This document shows positions 53,697 through 63,637 of a stretch of DNA of 64,000 nt, piece by piece. The stretch covers positions 132,480 to 196,479 of the forward strand of contig OZ253576.1 in NCBI GenBank assembly GCA_965262985.1, read 5' to 3'. Position 1 is the stretch's first letter, and each line of letters begins with the position of its first letter. Below the pieces are notes generated by a model. That model saw nothing but the letters and a program-made list of their open reading frames with translations. It did not search any database and was not told the origin of the DNA. The position numbers and the translations under genes are program-made. Source of the stretch: Vicinamibacterales bacterium (GTDB lineage: Bacteria > Acidobacteriota > Vicinamibacteria > Vicinamibacterales > UBA8438).

Positions 53697-54689
53697 TTAC
53701 CCTAGAGGGGGGGCCGATCTGGTAAGCAGATCCTCGTATATGGCAAAGAATCTCTCGACATCAAGGTCCAGCATCACCTCGATCGGCCGGATGCCCTCTG
53801 CGGAGACGCCGGCGACGCGGGTGCCGCCGTACGACGGCCCGAACCTGGTGTCCACCTCGATCGGCAGCCGCTCGGATGCCGTCACGATCTTCGGGTCGAT
53901 CAGCCAGGCGGCGGTGATGCAGTCCCACACATGCCAGGTGGCGGCCGGGTCGCGTTCGAAGCGGCCGCCCATGTGGTGGCGCATGAGCCGGGTGACCGGT
54001 GTATCGACGGAGACGATGCGGTCGAATGTCGTGCGGTGCAGCGGCGCGTGATTGGTAATGTCCAGGCCGAACATCACCACCTCCGGAATCGGCGCCGCAA
54101 GCGTCTCGCGAGCCGCCTCCGGGTCGAACCAGATATTGAACTCGGCCGCGGGCGTCACATTCCCCGGGACCCTGGCGTTGCCGCCCATGAAGACCAGCCG
54201 CCGCAGCCGCGGCGCCAGATCGAGCCGCGCCCGGAAGGCCAGCGCAATGTTGGTCATGGGTCCCACCGCCACCAGCGTGACCGCATCCGGATGACGCTCG
54301 ATCGTGTCGATGATGAACTCGACCGCGCCGGTCGCCCGCGGGCGGGTGGTGGCGTATCTGCCGCCATGAGGCGGAACCACGACCTCGCCGGCGTCGAACG
54401 CGCCCTTGAACGAGATCGGGCCCCATTGCGCTTCCTGCCGCGCCGCCCGCGCCGGCGTGTTGACCAGCGGCTCCCGCGCCCCGAGATGGAGCGGGATGTC
54501 GGCGCCGCCGGTGAGCTCGAGCAGGTGCAGCATGTGCTCGGCGCCCTGCGGCACCGGGTGGTTGCCGGCCACGACGGTGACGCCGAGGATGTCGATCAGG
54601 TCACGCCGGCGCACCAACATGGCCAGGGCGGCCGCGTCGTCGTTGAAGACGGCGGAATCGGTGTCGAAGATGATGCGACGCGTGGGCAC
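53697..54689 (-). CDS. Nucleoside hydrolase (inosine/uridine-preferring family)
   Basis: The N-terminal RRIIFDTDSAVFNDDAAAL contains the DxDxxxDD motif. VTLVAVGPMTNIA is present. GTG 54689 lies 1 nt after the upstream stop. Confidence 0.85.
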   Translation of the reverse strand: MPTRRIIFDTDSAVFNDDAAALAMLVRRRDLIDILGVTVVAGNHPVPQGAEHMLHLLELTGGADIPLHLGAREPLVNTPARAARQEAQWGPISFKGAFDAGEVVVPPHGGRYATTRPRATGAVEFIIDTIERHPDAVTLVAVGPMTNIALAFRARLDLAPRLRRLVFMGGNARVPGNVTPAAEFNIWFDPEAARETLAAPIPEVVMFGLDITNHAPLHRTTFDRIVSVDTPVTRLMRHHMGGRFERDPAATWHVWDCITAAWLIDPKIVTASERLPIEVDTRFGPSYGGTRVAGVSAEGIRPIEVMLDLDVERFFAIYEDLLTRSAPPLG

Positions 54690-54690
54690 G

Positions 54691-56895
54691 TCAGTCTGGC
54701 AGCGCCAGCGCAATCAGTTCCGGGACCGGCGAGCCGCCGACGGTCAGCGCGATGTACTGCTTGCCACCGAGCAGATAGCTCATGGGGGTGCCGATCGCTC
54801 CGCGAGGGAGATTGACCGAGGCGAGCTCGGCGCCGCTCGACTTGTCGACGGCGACCAGACGGGGTCCACCGCCCGCGCCGCCGGTCGTCAGCGCATAGAT
54901 GAGCAGGGTCCTGGTCACCAGCGGTCCGCTTCGGCTTCCGTCTCCGCCGAGCGGCGGCAGGTCGAGGTTCCGCAGCAGCGGGTGATTCCTTACCCGGTCG
55001 CCAGCACCCAGCGGGTTCATCCAGACATGGTCGCCGGTGTTCAGATCGATGGCGGTCATCCGCGAATAGGGCGGTTTGAAGAGCGGGAGTCCCTGCGGCA
55101 TGGTCGGCTGCCGCGTGCCCTGGCCGCGCAGTTCGATGATGTTCAGCGTCGCCGCTTCTCCAGTTTCCGGTTCGCGGTAGTTGCGCACCGAGAAGGCGTT
55201 GACGGACGGCACATAGAGCATCCCCGTGTCCGGGTCGACGCCGGCGCCTGACCAGTTGGCGCCGCCGCCCGTGCTCGGACGCTGAATCGTGCCCTGCAGG
55301 CTCTGCGGCGTGAAGAGCGGACCCAGCCGGAACCCGTCCACCGCATCGATCGCCATTTGGCGGATCTCCGGGGTGAAGTCGGCCAGGTCGTCAATGGTGG
55401 CCCCCTGATACTCGAACGGCGCCGGGCGGGTGGGGAACGGCTGTGTCGGCCACACCTGTTCGCCCGGAATATCCGTATCGGTCGGGACCGGTCGTTCTTC
55501 GATCGGCCACACCGGTTCGCCGGTGACACGATCGAAGACATAGAGGAAGCCCTGCTTGCTCACCTGGGCCAGCGCCTTGATCGGGCGTCCGTCCACTTCG
55601 ATGTCGATCAGGTTCGGGGCGGCGGGGAAGTCGTAGTCCCACAGCCCGTGGTGCACCGCCTGGAAGTGCCACTCGCGCTCGCCGGTCTCGAGGTTCAGCG
55701 CCACCACGCTCTCGGCGAACAGATTGGCGCCGGGACGATGGCCGCCGTAGTAGTCGGGCGCCGGGGTGTTGGTGGGCAGATAGAGCAACCCCAGTTCCGG
55801 ATCGGCGCTCATCATCGACCACACGCCGACCTTGCCCGTCACCCGCCACGAGTCGCCGCCCCAGGTGTCGTTTCCGAATTCGTCTCCCTGCGGAATCGTG
55901 TGAAACGTCCACTTGGTGCGTCCGGTTCGCACGTCGAACCCGCGCATCCATCCAGGCGGCGCTTCCCGCGTGATGTTGTAGGACGAGATCGACGCGGGGG
56001 TGATGATTGTGTCGCCGACCACGAGGGGCGGCGACTGCACCGAATAGAGCAGCGCGTTCAGCCAGTCCCGATCGCCGCGGGTGGCGCGCGGGATGTCGCG
56101 GGTCAGGTCGACCCGCCCGTCTTCGCCGAAGTCGGCGCAGGGGCGCCCGCTGTCGGCGGCGACGCAGATCAGGTAGCCGTTGCTCGTGCCCCAGAAGACC
56201 CGGCCCCCCTCGCCGTCGTCCCAGTAGGCCACGCCGCGCTGGTTCCAGCGCGCCGTCATCGTGGTGGTGCCTTCTTCGTAGGTCTTCGGGTTGAAGAGCC
56301 ACAAGGTCTCGCCGGTGGCGGCGTCGATGGCGGCGCCCGCCGAGGTCGGCATGTTGATGAACACGCGCCCGTCCACCATCAACGGGGTCGCCTTCAGATT
56401 GTTCGTGTAGGGTGGCTGCCCGTCCCGCCAGCGGTCCGGATTCTCCTCGTTCAGTGCGTCGAAGATGACGTCGGAACGCGTCAGCCACTCGCCGCCGCCA
56501 AGTGTCGTCTTGCTCATGCGGGCGTCGGACGATTGCCAGCGCCAGGCGATCTCGAGATCGCCGAAGTTCGACGCGTCGATCTGATCCAGCGGCGAGTACT
56601 TGCTGCCGGCGAGGTCTCCGCCGTAGGTGGGCCACTCGCCGTTCGCCGGGGCCCCCTGCTGAGCCAGGAGCCCGTGGCAAAAGCCCCGCGGCATTCGACC
56701 GGCGATGCATCCCGCGTGGACCGCGTTGCTCCTCGGTTGCATATGCCCAATATGCGCCCTCGTCGCGCCTTGCCACGCGGGCGCCTCGCCGGTCTCGGTG
56801 CCACGCGCGGTTTCACCACGGGCTCCTGGAGCCGGGACGGCGGTCAGGATGGCCACGGCCACAATCCTCGGAATCAGGTGAGTTTGAAAAGTCAT
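54691..56895 (-). CDS. PQQ-dependent dehydrogenase, paralog 3, carrying a MITE-derived 54-codon insert in its signal peptide
   Basis: gagggat precedes ATG 56895 (MTFQTHLIPRIVAVAILTAV). After the insert the protein continues AQQGAPANGEWPTYGGDLAGSKYSPLDQI. HHGLWDYDFPAAP is present. Confidence 0.8.
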   Translation of the reverse strand: MTFQTHLIPRIVAVAILTAVPAPGARGETARGTETGEAPAWQGATRAHIGHMQPRSNAVHAGCIAGRMPRGFCHGLLAQQGAPANGEWPTYGGDLAGSKYSPLDQIDASNFGDLEIAWRWQSSDARMSKTTLGGGEWLTRSDVIFDALNEENPDRWRDGQPPYTNNLKATPLMVDGRVFINMPTSAGAAIDAATGETLWLFNPKTYEEGTTTMTARWNQRGVAYWDDGEGGRVFWGTSNGYLICVAADSGRPCADFGEDGRVDLTRDIPRATRGDRDWLNALLYSVQSPPLVVGDTIITPASISSYNITREAPPGWMRGFDVRTGRTKWTFHTIPQGDEFGNDTWGGDSWRVTGKVGVWSMMSADPELGLLYLPTNTPAPDYYGGHRPGANLFAESVVALNLETGEREWHFQAVHHGLWDYDFPAAPNLIDIEVDGRPIKALAQVSKQGFLYVFDRVTGEPVWPIEERPVPTDTDIPGEQVWPTQPFPTRPAPFEYQGATIDDLADFTPEIRQMAIDAVDGFRLGPLFTPQSLQGTIQRPSTGGGANWSGAGVDPDTGMLYVPSVNAFSVRNYREPETGEAATLNIIELRGQGTRQPTMPQGLPLFKPPYSRMTAIDLNTGDHVWMNPLGAGDRVRNHPLLRNLDLPPLGGDGSRSGPLVTRTLLIYALTTGGAGGGPRLVAVDKSSGAELASVNLPRGAIGTPMSYLLGGKQYIALTVGGSPVPELIALALPD
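56667..56828 (-). mobile_element. MITE-like element, full copy inside a coding sequence (palindrome spans 56664-56829)
   Basis: The sequence is ccaggagcccgtggcaaaagcc...catatgcccaatatgc...tttcaccacgggctcctgg. Removing 56667-56828 (162 nt) keeps the frame and gives ...TAVPALAQQGAP.... Confidence 0.85.
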
Positions 56896-57113
56896 GCAAC
56901 GATCCCTCGCGCCAGCGTGTTCCGTGTTCACGAGATTCATGATACCCGCCGGCGGGGTTGCGATGCTACGTTGCCCGCCGTCGGGCCGCGTTGCCGGGTT
57001 GGCCGCTGGCGGGGTCGCGATCTTTGAGGAGCCCGCCGGCGGGTGAGGCTTGGGTCGCGGACACCGTCGCGATAGAATGGCGGCACCGTGACTGTCTGGA
57101 CCAGGAGCCTGCG

Positions 57114-57857
57114 GTGAACCGGGAGGTGTGTGGACTCGGCGTGCTCGCAGTGGTTCTCCTGGCGGGGCCGGCGCTCGAAGGACGGCCGGCAACGTCGGCC
57201 CAGCACGCGAGCCGCCCAGACCCCGATACCTTTCACTGGGTGCTGCCGGCGCAGCGCAGCGGGGTCGAGGTCGTGGACCTGCATCCCGGCGATTGCTACG
57301 TCATTCAGCAGGTCGACGGTACGGTGTACTTCGGCGATCCCTTGCCTGGGGCGCTCGAACTGCAGCGTCAACTGGGGGAACCGGTGTCGCATCTGGTGGA
57401 GTCGACCGGCGAGCATGCCGAGTGCACGTTGACGGGGTGCGTCGAGGCCGGGCGGCTGACCGGCGCGCTCGCGGCGCTCTTTCTCGAGCTGGGCACTCCG
57501 CAGGGTCGGCGGCCGGCCAACCATCGACCCACGCCGCTCGACGGGATGCGGGGCGGCGCGTATTCGGACGTCGGGTCCGAGGAGCGCGCGCGGTATCGGC
57601 AGGCGCCCGAGCAGCGCATGGTCTACCGGCACCTCAGGACCGCCGGTCGCGACAACTGCTATGAAGCCGAGGTGCCGCGCACACTGACCATCCATGTCCG
57701 CGATGGGCAGCGGCGCCCGGACCGCACCGGCGTGTATAGCGGGTATCTCTATCTCGAACATCATCATCCGGCGCCGACACGCCGTGTGGCGACGTTGTTC
57801 AAGTTCGGTCCAGTGCGTCATGACGCACTGCCGCATCAAGAAACGAGGCATCCATGA
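57114..57857 (+). CDS. Hypothetical protein (signal or anchor at the N-terminus)
   Basis: Third-position GC looks coding. The stop overlaps the next ATG as ATGA at 57854-57857. Possible GTG starts are 57114, 57126 and 57141. The competing antisense ORF 56937..57881 looks non-coding. Confidence 0.5.
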   Translation: MNREVCGLGVLAVVLLAGPALEGRPATSAQHASRPDPDTFHWVLPAQRSGVEVVDLHPGDCYVIQQVDGTVYFGDPLPGALELQRQLGEPVSHLVESTGEHAECTLTGCVEAGRLTGALAALFLELGTPQGRRPANHRPTPLDGMRGGAYSDVGSEERARYRQAPEQRMVYRHLRTAGRDNCYEAEVPRTLTIHVRDGQRRPDRTGVYSGYLYLEHHHPAPTRRVATLFKFGPVRHDALPHQETRHP

Positions 57858-58918
57858 ATCGAATCCTTCTGACCGCCGCAACTTGTCTGGCGGTTGTCCT
57901 GACGGCGCAGTGGCAGACCGGGGGCGCCGGCGCGCAGAGCCCGGACGGCAGCCCGAGCCACCGGTTCGAAGAACTGGCCGACGGCGTCTATTTCGCGATC
58001 GGGACGGGGTCGATGACCGTCATGAGCAACAACCTGGTCATCGTCAATGACGACCACGTGATGCTGGTCGACTCATCGGTCACGCCGGCCGCGGCGCGCG
58101 GTCTGGTCGAAGGGGTCAAGACTCTGACCGACAAGCCGATCAAGTACGTGTTCAACACGCACTATCACTTCGACCACGCGCATGGTAACCAGATCTTCGG
58201 CGACGACGTCGAGATCGTCGCGCACGACTTCGTCCGGACGATGCTGTCGTCGGACGTGCTCGAACAGCGCACCAACCGGTCGTTCACCCAGGGCATCCCG
58301 ACTCAGATCGAGCAGATGAAGGCCCGCCTGGGCCGCACGACGGATAGTGCGGAGCGGCAGCGGATGGAGACGCAGGTGCGCATCCAGGAGGCGCACTGGA
58401 CCGCCTTGCAGGAGACGGTGCCGACGCCGCCCAACGTCACGTACAGCGATTCGCTCACACTGGTGAAGGGTGGCCGCGAGGTGCAGCTTCACTTTCCCGG
58501 ACGCGGTCACACCGGGGGTGACACGCTGGTGTTCCTGCCGGAGGAGCGGATCGTGTTCACCGGGGATTTCTTCGTCGGGCGGCCGGGTGGTCACAGTCTG
58601 CCCTACATGGGCGACGGCTACGTTGAAGAGTGGCCGGCCTCGCTCGATCGCTTGAAGGCGATCGAATTCGACGTCCTGGTGCCCGGGCACGGGCTGCCCT
58701 TTCGGGAACGCGAGCAGATCGATCACCTCCAGGCGTATCTGCGTGACCTGAACCGCCAGGTCACGGCGTTGCACGCGCAGGGGGTCCCCGCGGATCAGGC
58801 CGCCGGCCGGGTCGATCTCAGCGCGCACGTCCAGTACTACGGCGACCGGGTCGCGAACGCCGATCCGCGAGCCGTGCTCAGGATGTACGAGTTGCTGCAG
58901 ATCAAGATGCCGAGGTAA
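57854..58918 (+). CDS. MBL-fold metallo-hydrolase, secreted
   Basis: THYHFDHAHGN is the HxHxDH motif. A signal peptide and HTGGDTLVF are present. Confidence 0.88.
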   Translation: MNRILLTAATCLAVVLTAQWQTGGAGAQSPDGSPSHRFEELADGVYFAIGTGSMTVMSNNLVIVNDDHVMLVDSSVTPAAARGLVEGVKTLTDKPIKYVFNTHYHFDHAHGNQIFGDDVEIVAHDFVRTMLSSDVLEQRTNRSFTQGIPTQIEQMKARLGRTTDSAERQRMETQVRIQEAHWTALQETVPTPPNVTYSDSLTLVKGGREVQLHFPGRGHTGGDTLVFLPEERIVFTGDFFVGRPGGHSLPYMGDGYVEEWPASLDRLKAIEFDVLVPGHGLPFREREQIDHLQAYLRDLNRQVTALHAQGVPADQAAGRVDLSAHVQYYGDRVANADPRAVLRMYELLQIKMPR

Positions 58919-58952
58919 CCGCAGGCGCGAGAGCGGCTGCAAGGAGAACCGC

Positions 58953-59804
58953 ATGTCGAGACTACGAGCCGTCGTTGCCATCCTCGCCGTGTTCACGGCG
59001 GGCGCCGCGTTCGCTCAGGAGGTCACCGTCACGCCGGACGTGGTGTATGGCCACAAGTACGGCATGGCGTTGACGTTCGACGTCTTCACCCCGGCCGACG
59101 CCAACGGGGCTGCCGTGCTGAACATGGTCAGCGGCGGCTGGCGTTCGGCGTGGCGGCCGCACGCAAGGTCGCAACGGCAGTATCAGGCGCTGCTCGACGC
59201 CGGCTTCACGGTGTTCGCGGTGCGGCACGGCAGCAGCCCGAAGTTCGTCCTACCCGAGATCGTGCCCGACGTGCGCCGCGCGGTGCGGTACATCAAGATC
59301 AACGCGCGCCGGTTGGACGTCGACCCGAACCGGCTCGGCGTCTGGGGCGGGAGCGCCGGGGGGCACCTGTCGCTGATGCTCGGGATGGCCTCCGACGAGG
59401 GGGATTCGTCCGCCGAAGATGCGGTGCTGCGGGCCGGCAACCGGGTGGCGGCGGTGGTGGCCTACTATCCGCCGGTCGATCTGCGCCCGCTGGCGCGTGG
59501 AATCGACCCGGAGGTCGGGAACACCCGGTTCCCCGCGCTGAACTTCGATCCCTCCGATGGCGCGTCGGTGTCCCCGATTGTCCACGTGTCGGCTGACGAC
59601 CCGCCCACGTTGCTGATCCATGGTGACGCCGACGGCCTGGTGCCGGTGAGCAACAGCCACGAGATGTACGCCGCGCTGCAGGAGCATGGGGTCGAGTCGA
59701 AGGTGATCATCATCCCCGACGCCGATCACGGATTCCGTGGCGCGGATGCCGAACTCGCGATGACCGCGCTGGTTGACTGGTTCGTGCAACATCTCGCGCC
59801 CTGA
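58953..59804 (+). CDS. Alpha/beta hydrolase (esterase/lipase), secreted
   Basis: aaggag precedes ATG 58953. GGSAGGH is the nucleophile elbow. The C-terminal HGDADGLVP and DADHGF are present. Confidence 0.85.
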   Translation: MSRLRAVVAILAVFTAGAAFAQEVTVTPDVVYGHKYGMALTFDVFTPADANGAAVLNMVSGGWRSAWRPHARSQRQYQALLDAGFTVFAVRHGSSPKFVLPEIVPDVRRAVRYIKINARRLDVDPNRLGVWGGSAGGHLSLMLGMASDEGDSSAEDAVLRAGNRVAAVVAYYPPVDLRPLARGIDPEVGNTRFPALNFDPSDGASVSPIVHVSADDPPTLLIHGDADGLVPVSNSHEMYAALQEHGVESKVIIIPDADHGFRGADAELAMTALVDWFVQHLAP

Positions 59805-59828
59805 CCTACCGCCCGCGCGGCTCGCCCG

Positions 59829-59994
59829 CTGGCAGCCCGTGGTGAAACCCCGCGTTGCACCGAGATTGGCGTTGCGCCCGCGTGGCAAGGCGCGACGAGG
59901 GAGCAAATTGGGGCATTTGTGACCGAGGAGCAACGCCGCCACGCGGGATGCAGCGCCAATTGAATGCAGTGGGGCTTTCACCACGGGCTGCCAG
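59829..59994 (+). mobile_element. MITE-like element, full copy
   Basis: The sequence runs ctggcagcccgtggtgaaaccccgcgttgcaccgagattgg...ggggcatttgtgaccgaggagcaacgcc...ggggctttcaccacgggctgccag. It lies 26 nt upstream of the nfi ATG. Confidence 0.85.
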
Positions 59995-60019
59995 GGCGCG
60001 GGCGTCGTGGAGCGCCCGC

Positions 60020-60748
60020 ATGGAGTACGTACGTCTTCACCCGTGGCGTGTGTCGCACCGCCAGGCCATCGAGATTCAGGAGGCGTTGCGCGCGCAACTC
60101 GTGACCGTGCCGTTGCCGGACGAACCGCGCTGGGTGGCCGGCGCGGACGTCGGCTATTCCCGCCGCACGCACCGTGTGTACGCGGCGGTGGTAGTGGTCG
60201 AGCTGCCCTCGTTCGAGACGGTCGAGACGGTCGGCATGACCCGCCGCGCCACGTTTCCGTACATTCCGGGGCTCCTGTCGTTTCGTGAGATGCCGCCGTT
60301 GCTGAAGGCGTTCGAGCGGCTGTCCCGCGCCCCGGACCTGGTGGTCTTCGATGGGCAGGGGTTGGCCCATCCGCGGCGGTTCGGGCTGGCTTGCCACGGC
60401 GGCCTGCTGCTCGACCTGCCGTCAATCGGCTGCGGCAAGACGCGGCTGGTCGGCCGGCATCGTCCGGTCGGCGCACGCCGCGGGTCGACGACGCCGCTGA
60501 TGGACGACGGCGAGCCGATCGGGGCGGTCGTGCGCACCCGCGAAGGTGTCTCCCCGGTCTTCGTTTCGCCCGGGCACCGCGCGGACATCGACTCGGCCGT
60601 GCGCCTGGTCCGGCGGCTGGCGTCGCGGTATCGACTGCCCGAGCCGCAACGGCGAGCGCACCAAGCCACTGCCGCGCTCTATCGGCGCGACCGCGACCGT
60701 CCAGCGCCTCGTGTCAGGTCGTACTCCGGCTTCATTCCCGCCCGCTGA
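60020..60748 (+). CDS. nfi: Endonuclease V
   Basis: VAGADVGY, PYIPGLLSFRE, VFDGQGLAHPRRFGLACHGG and GCGKTRL are Nfi motifs. The upstream part of the track ORF is MITE translation. Confidence 0.9.
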   Translation: MEYVRLHPWRVSHRQAIEIQEALRAQLVTVPLPDEPRWVAGADVGYSRRTHRVYAAVVVVELPSFETVETVGMTRRATFPYIPGLLSFREMPPLLKAFERLSRAPDLVVFDGQGLAHPRRFGLACHGGLLLDLPSIGCGKTRLVGRHRPVGARRGSTTPLMDDGEPIGAVVRTREGVSPVFVSPGHRADIDSAVRLVRRLASRYRLPEPQRRAHQATAALYRRDRDRPAPRVRSYSGFIPAR

Positions 60749-60834
60749 TCGTGCCCGGTCTGACAGCCCGTGCGTTCCGGAACGGTCCCGGGCGCCTGCG
60801 CCGCAGACTCCCGGGTCCCTGATGACCCGGTGCG

Positions 60835-62448
60835 TCAATTGCTGTTCATGCGCCGGCTGTCCTGGAACGCATCGAACAGCTCGCTCGCGCCGGCGTGCAG
60901 TCCGGTGTGGGTTCCGATGGTCGCGCCGATCTCGAGATACTCGTCGGCGGCCGGGTCGTAGGCCGGCCAGGACGGGAGCCCGGCAGAGTTCGGGTCGCCG
61001 GTCGCGGCGAACTGCACCCAGTAGCCCATCATCGTCTCGGAGATCCGATGGTCGACATCGGTGTAGTCGCCGTTGTTCAGGTTGCCGAACACGTAGCCCA
61101 GTTCGGCCGCGTGATGGGACCCCATCCGTTCGCCGCCCGGGGTGGGCGGCACGTGGGTGAAGTGGTAGAGCCACGCCGGCGACGACTTGTGCGCGTGCGT
61201 GCGGGCATGCAGCCGCACCGGGCCGGCGAAATACATGTCGTGGATGAGGTGGTCGACCGCCGCCGCCACATCCTCCTCCGTATCGTAGTGCTCCAGCGCG
61301 GCATCCGCCTGCTGCGGGTAGATCGTTCGCACATGGGTCTCGAACCCACTCTGGTCGTCGATCTGCAGCCCGCGGGAGAACATCGAACCCTCGTTGCCGT
61401 TCATGCCGACGATCAGCGGCACGTCGTGCTGGCGACCGGCTTCGTACATCGCCAGCGGGTCGTCCGGAATAACCCAGCCGTCGACGTTCGGCGCCCAGGC
61501 ATTGGCTGTGCGGGTGAACGGGCTGTTGCCGGCGGCCTGGTAGGCGGCGAACAGATCTTCGGCGCTGGCCGAGCGGAGTTCGTCCAGCGCGGCGCCGGGG
61601 TCGGAGACCCCAAGTTCCTCGGCGACCCGCACACCGCCCGCCTCGGCCGAGTCCGGACCGCTGAGCGGGCGGTCCCAGCCGTAGACCCAGTTGCTCTCGG
61701 CGATCGCCCGGTCATACAGCCCCTCGGCCTGGGGTACCACCATGAGCGACATCACGGCGCCCGCCCCGGCCGACTCGCCGAAAATCGTGACCCGGTCCGG
61801 GTCGCCCCCGAACGACGCGATGTTGTCGCGCACCCACTCGAGTGACGCTACCATGTCGAGCATGCCGTAATTACCCGAGGCGCCGTGCGGCGATTCGGCC
61901 GAGAGCGCCGGATGCGCGTAGAACCCGAAGACGTTCAAGCGGTAGTTGATCGACACGAGCACGACACCGCGGGCCGCCAGACTGGTGCCCTCGTAGAGAC
62001 CGTTCGATCCGGCGCCGCCGGTATAGCCGCCGCCGTGAATCCAGACCATGACCGGCAGCGGATCGGTGGTTTCGCGCGGTGCATAGACGTTGAGGAAGAG
62101 ACAGTCTTCGCTCTGATCCGTGGCGTTGCGCCCGCCGCCCTGCACACAGCGGTTGCCGAACGCAGAGGCGTCACGGACGCCGTCCCAGGCCGCGACCGGC
62201 GCCGGCGGCGTCCAACGCCCGTCACCTGCCGGGGGCGCCGCATACGGAATGCCCTTGAACGTCATGATCTCCGCATTGGTCTCGGACAGCGCTCCCTGCA
62301 CGAGACCGCCGGTGACCGCCACCGGGGTGTCGGGCGCCAACACCGTTGCGGCAGGCGCGGCCTCTTCGACTGGGGCCACGCCGCCACCGCAGGCGGCGCA
62401 GACGAGTGACACGAACACGACGAGCGATGGGCACCGATTCTCACTCAT
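60835..62448 (-). CDS. Type B carboxylesterase/lipase family protein (lipoprotein-like N-terminus)
   Basis: EDCLFLNVY, VWIHGGGY and FGESAGA (the GxSxG nucleophile) are present. The start is ATG 62448 or GTG 62460. Confidence 0.9.
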   Translation of the reverse strand: MSENRCPSLVVFVSLVCAACGGGVAPVEEAAPAATVLAPDTPVAVTGGLVQGALSETNAEIMTFKGIPYAAPPAGDGRWTPPAPVAAWDGVRDASAFGNRCVQGGGRNATDQSEDCLFLNVYAPRETTDPLPVMVWIHGGGYTGGAGSNGLYEGTSLAARGVVLVSINYRLNVFGFYAHPALSAESPHGASGNYGMLDMVASLEWVRDNIASFGGDPDRVTIFGESAGAGAVMSLMVVPQAEGLYDRAIAESNWVYGWDRPLSGPDSAEAGGVRVAEELGVSDPGAALDELRSASAEDLFAAYQAAGNSPFTRTANAWAPNVDGWVIPDDPLAMYEAGRQHDVPLIVGMNGNEGSMFSRGLQIDDQSGFETHVRTIYPQQADAALEHYDTEEDVAAAVDHLIHDMYFAGPVRLHARTHAHKSSPAWLYHFTHVPPTPGGERMGSHHAAELGYVFGNLNNGDYTDVDHRISETMMGYWVQFAATGDPNSAGLPSWPAYDPAADEYLEIGATIGTHTGLHAGASELFDAFQDSRRMNSN

Positions 62449-62572
62449 TGCTTTCACCACGCCTTTTCGTCACATAGTGCCGCCATGCTCCTCAAATGCG
62501 TGAAGAAATCCATGGCGATATCGAATTTTCGCTTTCGCAATCTTCTACGGCGCAGACTCCTGGCTGCTGATG

Positions 62573-62738
62573 ATAGCAGCCCGTGGTAAAAGCCCCGCTG
62601 CATTCGATTGGCGCTGCATCCCGTCTGGCGGCGTTGCTCCTCGGTCACAAATGCCCCAATTTGCTCCCTCGTCGCGCCTTGCCAGCCGGGCGCCGCGCCA
62701 ATCTCGGTGCAACGCGGGATTCTACCACGGGCTGCTAG
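62573..62738 (-). mobile_element. MITE-like element, full copy, TA-flanked
   Basis: The sequence runs a-TA-gcagcccgtggtaaaagcc...cacaaatgccccaatttgc...attctaccacgggctgc-TA-g. In L->R orientation it points toward the esterase start, 125 nt away. Confidence 0.85.
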
Positions 62739-62815
62739 ACCCGTCATTGTAAACACAGATGGCGACACGCGGTAATCGCCCAACGCTATAATCGCCCTGC
62801 GTTTGTGGGGGAGAC

Positions 62816-63565
62816 ATGCAGAAACACGGGTGGCTGGTGGGAGCGATGCTTGTGGCGTCGGTGGCCGGAGGTGCGCTGTCGAACCTGTTCCTGACAGTGG
62901 GCCTTGGCGCCCAGGGCGCCGAAGTCGTCAGCGCGTCGCAGGTCAACATCGTCGACCGCGGCGGACGGTTGCGCGCGGTCCTTTCCGGCGAAGACGAACG
63001 GGGGCAGACGTCGCTGGCGTTTTACGGGCCCGGCGGCGTCGTGCGCACGGTCGTCGGCACCGAACCGGACGGCGCCCCGCTGGTATGGCTGAATGACGGC
63101 GAAGGCCGGACCCAGGTGTCGGTCGGTGTCCGCGGTACGAATGCGGTCCTCACCGTTGGTGACGGGGGGTCACCCAATGTGATGATCGGGTCCCTTGGCG
63201 GCACGCCGGTCGTCGGCCTGTCCGACGGCGCGCAGACCCGCTTGCAGATGGATCTCGGTCCCGAGGGACAGCCCAGCCTGAATCTGCAGGGCCAACCGGC
63301 CCTGAATCTGTTCGGGGCGCCGGGACGGCGCGCGGTCGGCGTGTCGGTGGACGCCGCCGGCGCACCGTTACTGTCGCTGTACGACGCCAGCGGGGCGCCA
63401 CGGGTGGCGATGGGGGCGTTCCAGGGGACCACGGTCATCAATCTGGGAGACGGCACGCGTCCCCGACTCGTGCTGGGGGTCACGGAGGAGGGCGAGGGGA
63501 GTGTCGGTTTCTATGACGCCGAGGGCGCCCTCGTGCGCCTCGAAGACGCCGCGTCGTCGCGGTGA
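62816..63565 (+). CDS. Hypothetical membrane-anchored repeat protein
   Basis: TATAAT at 62788 and gggggagac precede ATG 62816. It has an N-terminal TM segment. Gly-rich beta-strand-like repeats follow (GxxPxxxLxDxxGxxR). Confidence 0.55.
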   Translation: MQKHGWLVGAMLVASVAGGALSNLFLTVGLGAQGAEVVSASQVNIVDRGGRLRAVLSGEDERGQTSLAFYGPGGVVRTVVGTEPDGAPLVWLNDGEGRTQVSVGVRGTNAVLTVGDGGSPNVMIGSLGGTPVVGLSDGAQTRLQMDLGPEGQPSLNLQGQPALNLFGAPGRRAVGVSVDAAGAPLLSLYDASGAPRVAMGAFQGTTVINLGDGTRPRLVLGVTEEGEGSVGFYDAEGALVRLEDAASSR

Positions 63566-63637
63566 TCGCAGCGACGTTGGATGTGGTTCCGGTGTCCGCA
63601 GCCAGGGCCGTGAGGGCCGCAAAAGGAGAGACGAAGC

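Noticed and set aside
56937-57881. A 314-aa minus-strand ORF lies between the PQQ dehydrogenase and the MBL hydrolase.
   Set aside because: Its peptide is Arg-rich and low-complexity. The plus-strand ORF in the same interval has better third-position GC bias, and its stop overlaps the next gene's ATG as ATGA. I therefore called the plus-strand gene, at only moderate confidence.
60771-60785. A perfect palindrome, cgttccggaacg, between the convergent nfi and esterase genes looked like a possible terminator.
   Set aside because: It is a short stem with no loop and no flanking T-tract. That is not enough to call a terminator or an operator.
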